A program made the position numbers and the translations under genes. A stretch of DNA of 64,000 bases from Podarcis pityusensis (Eukaryota), in NCBI GenBank assembly GCA_964106645.2, contig OZ067043.1. One strand, written 5' to 3'. The notes below the pieces were generated by a model, which was given only the letters and a program-made list of their open reading frames with translations, did no database searches and had not been told where the DNA came from. Position 1 is the stretch's first letter, and the number at the start of each line of letters is the position of its first letter. Positions 36,869 through 49,135 of the stretch are shown in pieces.

Positions 36869-38919
36869 TATAGCCATACCTCAGGCCAACTTACACCTAC
36901 ATATGCACTCCCTCTCAGCAATTACTTTTGTTGGCACCTGTTTGTCTCAAGAGACAGTGGCAAATTATAATGATAGTATTGTAAAATCCTTCTCAAGGAA
37001 TTATAATTCTGCCTATTAGGACATTGTGCAACTCTCTAGATGGAAAGAAATTCCTGATGCTTTCAAAGGTATGTAAGATAATAATATTGTGTCCTCATCC
37101 GTCTTTTAGTGCAGATATTCCCACACAGCTATCTGTGCATGAGTAGAACTGGATCAGGCATTTGCCTTCCATGAGTCCATTCTCCCTTTGTGCTCTCAGT
37201 ATTATATTACATTTTTCTCCATATCCAAACTGTGTGCCATGCCAGCGGCTACCACAGGAGGGTGCCCTGTACAACCAAACATACCAACTCTGCTGTAGCA
37301 TGAAATAAAGCTGGGTGGATGGAAACTTAGCAGAGCTAAGGTACATAATCTTCCGGAGCATGTAGCACAGAGGCCTATAGCAGAATATAGTGGCAATCTT
37401 TTTGAATACTATGGCAATGTTTCCTGAAACATTCACTTCTTATATCTAGGTTATTCATTCCATTTTAGGAAATATATTTTCCTAATATGTTACTGAAACC
37501 TACCTTGCCAAAGTCTTAACTCTTGGTCTTTGTACTGTTTCCTCTCTTAGGAGAAGAATGCCAGTCAGTGGCTATTAGACAGGATTACCAAGGCTAAGTG
37601 TGGAAAATACATGTTCAGGATAGTGCTTTGAGAAATTGCTAGAGATATCTGAAGGGGGAGATTGTTGATCCTGTGTAAAACCATTCTCATGCATTGGGTG
37701 GGTGCACAATCCACATTAAATTAAGCACTTTAAAAGAAAGTTAAGCATATGCTTAAAGAACTCCCAGTGAAATCAATGGGACTTTAACAAGCGCCTAACT
37801 TTGGTTGTGTCATGTCCAACCAAATTAACCATCTTTTCTTTTTAAGTGTTAAATTCTCTTCTTAAACTTCCTCAGTACCAATTTCTTCATATATCAAGCT
37901 GTCTAAAAACCGTACCTCTTATGAGTAAGTAACATGAAACTACCCAATATAGATTAAGAGTGTGTAGAGGGGCCAATTCATATAGGAAAGTGCCTTAGGT
38001 TAATTCAGCCCAAAGCAAATTTTACAAGTTCCCAAGGAGTATTTGTACACACACATATACTGGACATTGAATCTCAGACTTAAGTTTTGTATATGAGATG
38101 CAAATGATGGGATCCAAAGCAAGTTACTCATATCTAAATATCTTTGAAATTTATAAACTATTCAGTTTAGTTTTTTAGCTATTAAAAAAGACCAATAAAA
38201 TGATAAAAAGAAAACTATCGGATAGGTAAATTTGAATACGTTAAGACAGTTATAACACAAACATTAGCCTTTCCTTAATAAAAGTCAGTTGTAACACCAA
38301 TAAAAATGTAGCAACTTTGAAATGAATGTGTTTTAATTCACTGGCAAAACTCGGTTATCTCTCTGATTTTAAGCAAACTTGTGTGAAAGTACCTTTCAAG
38401 CAGAATTAGTAACAATGCATTTGATATATACACCTCCAGGGTGGTTTCTTACTAGGTCCTAATTACAGCATGGGCCACTAAAGAACAAGTGGGAAGGAGA
38501 GACAGAAGTCATAAAAATAAAATGCACTTATTGATGGGCAGTGGGTAAGGGATTTGAGGCTGGGGTATAAGAGGAGGATCAGGGAACAGTAAAAAAAAGT
38601 TTCTCTCATCCTCCCCTTGACCAGGCCTCACAGAATCCCCTGTAGCCTCAGAGCCTTAACAGATGCTGCCTTCACATTTTAATGTGTTGCTCAAAAGTTG
38701 ATCCATTGCCATGGCAAAGAAAATACTTCAGCTTTTTTTTTGCTGTGTACAAATGGAAGTGATGCAGCAAAGACTACCTAATGTACTAATAGATAATCAG
38801 ATGCCCACTTACAGCTGTGATAATGGGAAGCAGATTTATAGTGAGAGAACAAGCTGCCCTCACACCTACAAAATCTTCAGAAATTCATGATGAGTGGTCT
38901 TTACCACTCAGTGGATGAC

Positions 38920-39140
38920 AAACCAATCGTGAGTCAACAATGTGATGGTGAGGCCCAAAAGGTCAATTCTATTTCAGGCTGCATTATTAATACAATGTAC
39001 CATCCACTGCCCAGTTTTGGGAAGCAACAGTGCTGCTCTTGTTTTCCTTACTACTCGGCTCTGGTCAGATTCGGAGTGCTGTGTTCAGTCCTGGCCACCC
39101 ACAAGTCAAGGAGGATGTTGACAGGTGCAAAAGGCTCTTA
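38920..39140 (+). mobile_element. Degenerate CR1 LINE ORF2 fragment
   Basis: VSQQCD..AQKVNSISGCI...YSALVR motifs. Confidence 0.7.
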
Positions 39141-42100
39141 AGCAGAGCTCTGAGCCACACAGGTGAAAGCTAAAAATGTGGGAGCGTGCCGTGCTCAGTC
39201 TCTAGAAGAGCAGATGACCCAGGTTGTGTACAGGCTTTCTAAAATGTGCAGACACTGGTGGATGCATTGGCCATCTCCTGGCTGATACATGGTCACTGTT
39301 AGTCTGAAGGAGGCCTTTGCACACAGGGATACCCAAATGTAGGGCTCCATCCACACTGATGGAGATTAAAGAGACCAATATGTATTCTGTACCCATGGAC
39401 TGACACTAATTCATGGGTACTAGATGACTGAAGAAGGTTTATATTAGAAAGATATCCATCTTTTGTAAGGTGAGGGCTATGCTTAAATTATGGCAGGAGG
39501 AAAGGTGGGTGATGGGGGTGACGGGTGCTGCTGCTGCTGAATGAAATCCACAAGCCGCAAACATAAATTTTACCATTTTAGGGCTACCTAAAAACTTCTT
39601 AAAAACAGTAGCTAAAAAAGTCTGCCCACCTTAATGTACTTTCTGGGGCAGCACTAGAAGAGTAATATATACCCTTTTTCATTGTCCCTGTGCTATTATT
39701 GCTAATCAGCGAATGAAGGGCTAATTGCACTTTCCATGCTAGCATGCACAACAGAGGTCTAATACGTTTTGCAGAGGAACTCTTGGGAAAGAGGTACTTG
39801 GTACTTTTCCCACCTGCCCTATCCCATCTCCAAATTGCCCCCACCCCAAGAAGTTTTTCCCCTTGTGGAGTTTTGACCACACATTCCCAAGGACAACTGT
39901 GTGTTTCCTGTCACTAACGTGCAGTTAAAGCCATGTGGGGGGGGGGGTCAATGTTTTTATAGTGGGGCAGTGGTGGGCAGGGAACCAGTTAAATGCATCT
40001 CCGCTCCCAAAAACTCCCAAGGGAAGTGACTTCCTCATTTAAACATCTTGCCTGGGCCTTAAATGAACAAATGTGCTCTAACAGTGGTATGCCAACTTGA
40101 ACAGGAGGGGGATATAAATTTGCTTATAACCCTTAAGAAGTATCAATTTTAAAGAATAATTGTACTGGAAATGTGTAATAAATAAATGTAAGACTGTATT
40201 TTTCAACAATAAAAGCCACCTCCCTTTAGTAGTTCATTTGCTTCACATATGGGCGGAGGAAATCTTCAAGAAAGCAAATATTAACCCATCGCATGTGGAG
40301 TGGGCTGTCTCTTTGGGCTGCTGGCCCCCTGAAGACCACCACTAGGCAAGAGAGCCACACCACACCTTATTTCTCCTGATTGATCTGTTTTCTTATATGT
40401 GTGACAATGTCAAAAGGACACAATGTGTGTGTTGTGAAACAACTATTCCCCCGCCCTAGCCAAATAAATAAATTCTCTACATTGAAACAAATGTGCTGGG
40501 ATGAGATCCTAATGTGGACTTTACATCTAAGTAAGCGGGTCCTGTGCACACCCAAAACTACAATGTCAAGTCCTTTCATAAATAAGGGCTCATGGTTCAA
40601 TCCCCAGTGTCTCTCATTACAAGGATCTCAAAAGGCAGAAGTGGCAAAGTGAGTGCAGGGCCAGGGCCTGTGACACACATAGCTCTGGCCTCCAACATCT
40701 TGTCACAATTCCCTGCAGCTCACAATTCCCTGCTGCTGCCTGAGGCCATCTCCCTCCGCCTAATGCTTGGACCGGCCCTGATTCACTGCTAAATGTGCAT
40801 GAAAGAGTTCACTGGAAGTCGAGAACATTTTGCTGATCCTATTATCGCTTTCAACACTGAGACTGACCCAGAAATTCCAGCAGTGGGAAGCAGCCACTAG
40901 GCACGGGAGATGGACCTGTCAGGATCTAGCTGGGATTTCACAGTCCACAGGGACAGGAGAAGGAAAAGGGCTTGCCACAAGGCCTCTGCTGCAGGTATGT
41001 GGCATAGGCAAGGCCTTTAAAATCTACCTTATTCAACCTGGTGCCCTCCAGATGTTGTTGGACTCCTGTTCCCATCAGCCCTAGCCAGCATGTTCTGGGA
41101 TGATGAGAGAGTTGTGGTCCAAGATTTCTGGAAGGAGCACCCAGCTGAATAAAGCTGATTTAGATGAAGATGTTTCTGCAGGTGCCACAGCTCTTAAGAC
41201 AGGCCAAAGCACCTGTGGTTAAGCTTTCCTTTCCTTTTCAAAAATCCTATTATTTCTCCTCCTCCTCACAGCACGTTACCTGGCTGCTATGGGGGCCCAT
41301 GAGTGGCAGCCCTTTGAATATAATGGTCTTGTTTTGAAGGCAGTGGCAGTTAAATGTCCTGGCATGGGCCCTGGCTTCCTTCCTTCCCCGCTCACACATC
41401 CCTCCTCCTCCTCCCCCCCCCCGCCTGTTTTGTCCTCGTTTTTTGTTGTTGTTCAGCCCACAGCAATGTGATCTGGTGCCACCCCTCCCCCCCTGCCGCC
41501 TCAGAGGGAAGCAGCTCAGACGTTTCCGAGGCTGGTGGTGTCACTGACTTGATTCAATGCCAGAGCAAAGGAGGGGGGCACAGGCGGCGTTCCCATAGAA
41601 CCAGAGAGGCAGAGAAAGCAGCAGCGGCAGCGCGCCGCTCCTTGGGGGACTGATGATGGTTACTTCTGCCTTGAGACCAGCTTCTTTGTGCATCCCAGGA
41701 GGAAGGAGTCTACGTCCTTAGCAGACAATAAACTCCTCGCTGAGTTCTAGCCCATCAACAGCATGCAGCCGCTCCTTCCTCTCCTCTCCTCGCCTTCCCT
41801 CCCCAACCCCCAACTCCACTCGACAAGGCAGACTGTGAAACAAGCTCACAGGCAGAAGTGGATGGGCAGATATACCTGGAATTGAAACGAGACACATCCC
41901 ACCAGTCTTTAAAATCAGAATCATGCAAAAATCAGCAGAAGACATAATGGTCTGTTTTTGTTTTGCTAACCTTACATTTCTAAACCTTCCCCTTTAAACT
42001 GGATTCTGGAATCATTGCAAGGATTTGTCCATTTAACCATTTCATTGGTCTCTCTGATTTTCTAAGGGGGTCCTTAGCAGGGAAACAGCTGCATGCCGGA

Positions 42101-42220
42101 TGCCAACAGCTTAGCATAAGCCATTGTCCTTGTTTGCATGTAACACTAAGACAAACCATGGCTTAATGTGAAGGAGCAAGCATGCAGGCTCCTGAATTGG
42201 GGATTGGGGCTGCTTTGCTG

Positions 42221-42420
42221 NNNNNNNNNNNNNNNNNNNNNNNNNNNNNNNNNNNNNNNNNNNNNNNNNNNNNNNNNNNNNNNNNNNNNNNNNNNNNNNN
42301 NNNNNNNNNNNNNNNNNNNNNNNNNNNNNNNNNNNNNNNNNNNNNNNNNNNNNNNNNNNNNNNNNNNNNNNNNNNNNNNNNNNNNNNNNNNNNNNNNNNN
42401 NNNNNNNNNNNNNNNNNNNN
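42221..42420. other. Assembly gap (200 N)
   Basis: Run of exactly 200 N, probably a fixed-size scaffold join. Confidence 0.99.
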
Positions 42421-43300
42421 AGCTGAAGTTAACGTAAACCTGCCATCCCATGGGCCATTCACGCAATCACCTGTACTAAAGCATGATGTGGAGCAGCCTA
42501 TGACAAAAGTGCTAGGAGCTTAGGATTTGTGCCCACTCCTTAAGTCCTTCCCATCTCCAGCTTCTCTTTGTTGCAGGATCACCTTCTGTTCCAGACCGCA
42601 GGAGTCAGAGATGTGGCGGGAGGAGAAAGTTCAGTTGAAGAGACTCCCAGGTAAGGAAGGCCTTGCAGAGAAACGTGTTCTGTTTGGCTTTGTATGTGCT
42701 TGACAGGCATTGACGGGAGGAGGGTGAGCCATGAGGCAGGCAGATGTTTGAGCAACATCTTGTGTTAAGAATCCTGTTTCCCAAAGCAGGATGTCATTAG
42801 GCATGTTTTCCCATTTTCCCCAACAGCTTTCTGACAGGAGGAACAATCTGACAGATAATTCATGGTGGCAACAACAATTTCAAAAAAAGCAGGCCAATTA
42901 AAGAAGCAGCAACAATACGGAAAGCCTCCCTTGGCTTTCTTTGGCGAGGAGAGGAGCAGAGCCCCTCTTTTGGGCAGGCTATAGTCAGGCTGCCAAGATG
43001 GGGAATTTCCTGTTCCCATTGTTTCATGAATCTTTACCATTTACCCTCTTTTGCGGTTAAGCTGCAGACACTGGAAAAAGCAGGAGCCCTGCTGATCATA
43101 GCTGAGTGAGAGACACATAAACAGTCCTGCAAGGCAAGGCCACCTCCTCTGATGTTCACAACCACCCACATTTCTATGCCTTTCAGGCAGAGCTGGCAGC
43201 AGGCGTTGTTGGCATGGTTGGGCTCTTGCCAAAGTCCACAACCCTCCTGGGGCTCCAGAGCTGACTCTCAAAGCCTCCTGCCCCTTCTGCTGCTCCCAGA

Positions 43301-43550
43301 GCCAGTGTGGTGTAGTGGTTAAGAGCGGTAGTCTCGTAATCTGGTGAACTGGGTTCGCTTCCCCGCTCCTCCACATGCAGCTGCTGGGTGACCTTGGGCC
43401 AGTCACACTTCTCTGAAGTCTCTCAGCCCCACTCACCTCACAGAGTGTTTGTTGTGGGGGAGGAAGGGAAAGGAGAATGTTAGCCGCTTTGAGACTCCTT
43501 CGGGTAGTGATAAAGCAGGATATCAAATCCAAACTCTTCTTCTTCTTCTT
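43301..43550 (+). mobile_element. tRNA-derived SINE with (CTT)n tail (Squam3-like)
   Basis: Near-identical to 20876-21126. Confidence 0.88.
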
Positions 43551-44311
43551 CCTTCTCCAGACATGCAAACAATGATCAGGATGAGGAGATGGAAGCTCCT
43601 CCTTTTGCATTTTTCTTCTGTGTGGTTGTAGGCTCAGAGGCAGAGGGCAGGGGAGTGGCCAGTGGTAAGAAGGAAATGGAAGGACAGACTGGGACCTCAT
43701 ATTGGGAGGACAGGGATGGGACCACTCAGGACTTCTTGCCCAAGTGCCCCGCAAAACTTGGAGCTGGCATTGAAGTACACAGAGATATTCCCCCAAAAAC
43801 AGCCTGGGAAGAGTAACGTTGCCAGTGAAATGGTACTCTGGGAATCCTGTTTTTCTTTATATGGCAGTTACTTTGAGATGAAAATTAACACTTACAACCT
43901 CTTTGACTGAGCACATTGTGTCTATTTGAATCCTTACAAATGTTGACGGTACAAGTGGTGGAAATCTCTCGTGTCTTCACATTTTTTGCAAAGAGGACCC
44001 CACTGCTTCCATGCAAGAGAAAACTGTAGCTGCAGTGAAATACTCAGCTACAATATTTAACTCCGTCCTTGAGAAAATAAAATTCCCCATCATTCCGCCT
44101 CACTCTGAAGCTCAGGCAAGTAGTAAGTAGTGAATGAAACACAGTTTGCACTAATGTGGTCTGTATCTATAGGCAGGTCTTATAGCATCAAAAGGCACTA
44201 TTTCCCCAGTTGATTTCTTGCACTCATTATTTTATTTTATTATAAAAGAGGGATGGAAATTAAATACACTTGTCTGGCGTACCCTTTGATTGGATTTATC
44301 GCTTTTCCTCC

Positions 44312-44345
44312 CTGCAATAAATTAGACGGCCACTAGATGTCTCTG
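44312..44345 (+). promoter_or_regulatory. Candidate CTCF site with upstream module
   Basis: CTGCAATAAA-TTAGA-CGGCCACTAGATGTCTC resembles the CTCF upstream motif plus core. Confidence 0.45.
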
Positions 44346-44807
44346 CATGCTACGCTCACAGAGTGACTGGCTGTGGTGTCTCTTCTGTGTCATGGAGAAG
44401 AGAAGACAAAGCTGGACCTTGGGCTGCGTGGAAGCCTGTTTGCTTGCGCCTGAAGCTTGCAGAGTGATTCCATATGCCACAGCTTATAAAATGGGGCTGC
44501 CAACTCTTGAGGGTGTGAAGCGAAAAGAACAGCAAACCACGGGGCATGCACAGATCATGTAGTGTTGTTGAAGATGGCCAAGACTCTCCATCTCCAGATG
44601 CCACAGGGGGATTCATGAGCTACTGTGAAGCCAGACTGTCTCCTGGCCAAGCACAAGCACTTGGTATAATGGGGTATATACTGGGTCACAGGTGCCCTAG
44701 TAGGACCCACCTGCCACGAACCCCGTGGAGATGTCATAGAGAAGGTGGTCAGATGACGAGGAGCAAGAGGAGAGTAGGAATGTTTGACCTAGGGAAAGGT
44801 CCTAGTG

Positions 44808-44943
44808 CAGGCTTCCTCAACCTCGGCCCTCCAGATGTTTTGAGACTACAATTCCCATCATCCCTGACCACTGGTCCTGCTAGCTAGGGATCATGGGAGT
44901 TGTAGGCCAAAAACATCTGGAGGGCCAAGGTTGAGGAAGCCTG
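44808..44943. mobile_element. 136-bp palindromic hAT MITE, intact
   Basis: Perfect TIR CAGGCTTCCTCAACCT/AGGTTGAGGAAGCCTG; perfect 8-bp TSD TCCTAGTG at 44800-44807 and 44944-44951. Confidence 0.95.
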
Positions 44944-45784
44944 TCCTAGTGGGTTGGGACATGGGCCTTTTGTTAGGAGGGGGGCAGGCCTTTTGTTGGT
45001 GGGCAGAACCTCAGTTAGCTATGTATTTTTATTGATTTGGGGGAGCAGCTGTCCCTCCCTGGCCCCCCCCCCCGGCTACACCCATGGGTTGGGGCATGGG
45101 GATCCAGGGTCCTGAGAGGCGCCTGATCCCAGGGAGAGCCCAATGACCTGGAAGGTAGATGCCTGAACCCAGGATAAGTGTGGATTGTCTGTCTCCATGC
45201 TATGATATACATCAAGTGCAATATCAGGAGGCACTGGTGCCTCCCCTGTCATTGAGGATAGAGGCACTTAGGGGCAAATCTGGCAGCAAGTTGACTCCCC
45301 CTCTGCCTCCATGGATGTGGCTGCAGGAACAGACTTTGCACTTGCTTGCTTGCCCAGTCCCAAAATTCCAGATGGCAACTGCATGAGCAACCGCCCTGTT
45401 CTTCAAAAGAGGAGCACAGGGTGTGTGCCAATTGTTGGAACAAAGTCTTAGCTTATGCCTAGCCACGTATTGTGGAGCTGTGCGCCTGTGTAACCAGTAG
45501 ACCCATGTTGGGCTGTTGTACTGAATTCCTGAATACAACTGTTAAAGCTCCAAACCTGGGTAATGTTTTGAGTTCCAAGTCTGATGGGGGGAGCCAGGAC
45601 ACCACCAGAACGGATGCTTTCCCTGTTCTCACCACCACCGTGCCTGCAGCCACTTTCTCCCCTCCCAGGGGTGGTGCTGAAGCATCCACCAGCCGCTGCC
45701 TCATTCCGTGGTTCATGGGCTTACCTGGCAATTGGTGCTGCAATGGCACTTGCTCAGCTCCTGGCAATGACAGCCACCACCTTT

Positions 45785-46163
45785 GCACGGAGGAGAAATC
45801 TGACACAGTTTGCACTGAAAGGCAAATCTACCTCATCCACACTTTCCGAACCAAAACACAGCCTTCCATTGAAATTTGAACTTCTCTGAGTTTTGCAGTG
45901 CAGCTGGCCAACCAAAAGTGTGCATAAATACATGTACACAACGTGTAAAGGGTGCATTAAAAATGTGCATCTCAGTGAAAATAACATACAAAAATGCATC
46001 GTCGTTTGGAAAATGTCTTAGCAAAAAATGAGCATATCAGGAGGGATTGGCATCAAAGTGCCGATGAATCTCCTTGAGGAGTTTGCAAATTGATGCAGAA
46101 ATATGGAGAACTAAAATGGAAAAAAAGAGAGAGAATCCAAAATGGAGAGATTCGCCCATTCCT
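45785..46163. repeat. Dispersed repeat, probable DNA-transposon remnant; second partial copy at ~54768-54930
   Basis: Shared AAACACAGCC...TGAAATTTG(A/C)ACTTCTCTGA segment between the copies. Confidence 0.6.
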
Positions 46164-46811
46164 ACCACCACCGGTTATGCCCATGAGTGAGCAGGTAAGG
46201 GGGAAACGGTGACTGCCCAGGGCCCCACCTCATCCCTGTCCTCTTCACAAGTGAGCAATCTTACCTGGCAGCACCCCTGCATGGTGTGGGAGACCAGGAA
46301 AAGTGACAGCTGCTGCCGGGGAGGGCACCAAGGCAAGGCCACACAGGAACACAAACTGCGCACTTCGTTGCTGGTGAAGCTGCCGCTGTTTGCGAGGGCA
46401 TCCTTTCACAAGTGACCGGAAGAGCACATCAAGCATGAAATGCAAATGTCAGTCCATCTTCTAGTATGAACCTCAACTGAACAGAGAATGAATCTGTAGC
46501 ACACATTACACCAGTGCGCTAAAGTGCCACCCTGCCAGCCAGGAAGCTAAGCAGTGTTTCATAATGACACTTGTGGAAATGACCTAAAATCTGCCAGCTT
46601 TGGATTTGTGAACAGCAAGGAAATAAGCATATATCTTGTGCATCACTGTATCAAGGCTGCTTTGCCCAAATGCAATACCGTAATATACAATACTTGCAGC
46701 ATGGAGGCTGGTTTTTCTGAGAGCAGCCCTACTGAAATCAATGGACGTTTGGTTGTCATGTCCATTAATTTCAATGGGTCTACCTGAGTAGGATGAGCAT
46801 AGGATGCAATC

Positions 46812-47395
46812 CATAGAACTACTGAATTATGGAGTTGAAAGGGACTCCCTTGGGTCATCTAGTCCAACTCTCTGCACTGCAGGAACCACAGCTAAAGAAT
46901 CCCTGACAGATGGCCATCTGACCTCTGTTAAAAAACCTCCAGTGAAGAAGAGTCCACCACCTTCTGAGGTGGTTCACGCCACTGTCAAACAGCTCTTACC
47001 ACCAGAAAGGTCTTCCTAACTTTTAGTGGGAATCTCCTTTCTTGTAATTTGAATCCATTGGTTTGAATCCTTTCCTCTAGGGCAGCAGAAATTAAGTTTG
47101 CTCCATCTTCACTGTGACAGCTCTTTAGAAATTGAAGATGGCTATCATATCTCCGCTCAGCCTCCGCTCTTCCAGGCTAAACATACCCAGCTCTGTCACA
47201 AGGCTTGGTTCCCAGACCCTTAAACATTTTGGTAGCCCTCCAGTGCACATGTTCCAGCTTGTCAACATCCTTCTTAAACTGGGGCGCACAGAACTGGACA
47301 CAGTACTCCAGGTGTGGCGTGCCCAAGGCAGAATAGAGTGGTACTATTGCTTCCCTTGATCTGGACACCATACTTTTCTTGATGCAGCCTAGAAT
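46812..47395 (-). mobile_element. CR1 LINE 3' fragment
   Basis: Antisense ORF SRSREAIVPLYSALGTPHLEYCVQF.APQFKKDVDKLE..RATKM (CR1 ORF2 C-terminus) plus CR1-type 3' end. Confidence 0.9.
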
Positions 47396-48576
47396 TGTCA
47401 GTCAACTCAAATTCTGTTAAGTAGCGTGATGAGATTAAAATAATTGATTTAAAGTGGGAGATCAGTGGGGAGAGTGGACCTTGGGGGCGCCAGAGGAGGC
47501 CTTTGTGAGTGCACCTGTGCCCACAGGCACCACGTTGGTGACCTCTGAATCAGTGAACGTTCATTGTCTGATGGGGGTTGCCACGCTTTTCCCCACTAAC
47601 ATGCCGCCATGTTCTTTGGTTTATTATGGGCACCTCCACACACCTGCTTATTGTGAAGCCAATCCTGCCTGCAACTTTTCCGCAGCATCCCTACGACATT
47701 CTCGTTGTCATCAAAATACCATTCCGTTCAGCTCCCCTCATTTAATCCAGGCAGGCTATTTTAGACTACCTGGGGCGACAGTGTATAAGGAAGAGCCTGA
47801 TAAATAATATAAAAAAAACTCTGCATGCAAAGCGTGCCTATCCACAGTTCAAAGTGAAATTAAATGTACATCACTAGTTTTCTGTTAGAATTGCTGCCAG
47901 TAATCCATAACATAATCTGCCTTTGAACTTTGGGGGGGAAAGGATCAAAATGATCTAAATTTGGCTTAATCTCTCCTTGATTAGTAAGAGCTGTTTTGGC
48001 TAAGAAGCCAGTTATGTTGGGATAGGTGCCCTAAAGCCCGCAGGCTATATCCAGTCAAAGTCATACTTCTAATGGAAGATGAGATCTTGGGGGAACACAG
48101 CTGATCTTATTGCTAAGGTGATGCTGCAAAGGAGTTTGGGCTTCTGTGTACGACTGAGTACTCCCCCTTCAATTTTAACAGGCAATGGCCATCTTTTTCT
48201 GCACTTACTCTAAATGGGCTTTACTTCTGACATCTAAACCTGCTGCAAACCCCCACCCCCTGCCTAACCTGGCCTCTCTCTTGTGCATTCAGCAGCAGGT
48301 TGGTGGTACAGCAATCAGCAGGTGAAGTTTACATAACATGGAGATAAACATTACTACCTGCTAATGTTTGCACATCAAGCTTCTCTTGAATTTAAAGAGA
48401 CAGTGACAGTCGACAGCTGCAAAGCAGGCAATCTCCCTCCTGCTTGAAGGAAGTATGTACACATATGTTCATGCCAACATGTGAGTGTCTTCGGAAGGAT
48501 TTATTATTCACACATAGGAACAGAGGAAGCTGCTTTATACTGAGTCAGAAGAACATTGGTCTATCTAGCTCAGTAT

Positions 48577-49135
48577 TGTTTGCAGTGGCTAGCAGAGGAG
48601 TGCTGGGAGGCACCAGCTAGACAATCCCCAAGGGAAGAAGGCTCAAAGACCCGGGATTGGTGGTGGGACACAATGAATGGTCAGAGGACAAGAGGGAGAA
48701 GACTGGGAGGGGAAGTGTTGGAAGCTGAAGAGGGAGCAGGGTTTAGTGAGCTGGGAGAGTCTGTGGCAGAGAGCAGCCCAGAAGCAAAAGCAGGAGAGGA
48801 GGCCAAGAGGCAGAGTGGAGACAGGCTGGTGAAGAAGCACGGGGGTCTCCCGCTCCTACTGCGACAAGATCTGCTCCCTGCTGGTTTCCCAGGACCAGGA
48901 GAGGCATGAAGCAGCATGCTGGCATAGTCTCAGATTGCTTGGGAAAGACCCAGGAGAGGAGGACACTTAGGCAGCTGTGGGAAAGCGGGGACCTTCAGTC
49001 TCCACAACTGCCTCATAGGGGCAAGAGAAGAGTTGCTGTGCTCATTTGACCTGGCACTCCAGAGCTGACCTTGCTTCTTCTAATAAAGCTAGCTTCACTT
49101 TCTCTGTGTGATTTATTGCTGGCCCACTGCTGACA
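48577..49135 (+). mobile_element. Probable solo LTR interrupting an old SINE
   Basis: TG...CA ends with imperfect inverted termini (TGTTTGCAGTGG / CCACTGCTGACA), AATAAA at 49082, ~560 bp; SINE halves at ~48513-48576 and 49136-49230. Confidence 0.6.

Noticed and set aside
41645-41750. C/D box snoRNA-like pattern (TGATGA...CTGA with a short terminal stem)
   Set aside because: Intergenic, C box lacks the leading purine, no clear C'/D' pair or rRNA complementarity that I could recognise; likely chance
42146-42523. ORFs spanning the N run
   Set aside because: Artefacts of the assembly gap
43041-43796. Longest ORF in the window (251 aa, minus strand)
   Set aside because: Reads through an antisense SINE (same peptide at 20820-21107); no domain or splice support
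45459-45889. Cluster of 100-135 aa ORFs
   Set aside because: Open in several frames and on both strands, runs into a dispersed repeat, no recognisable domain
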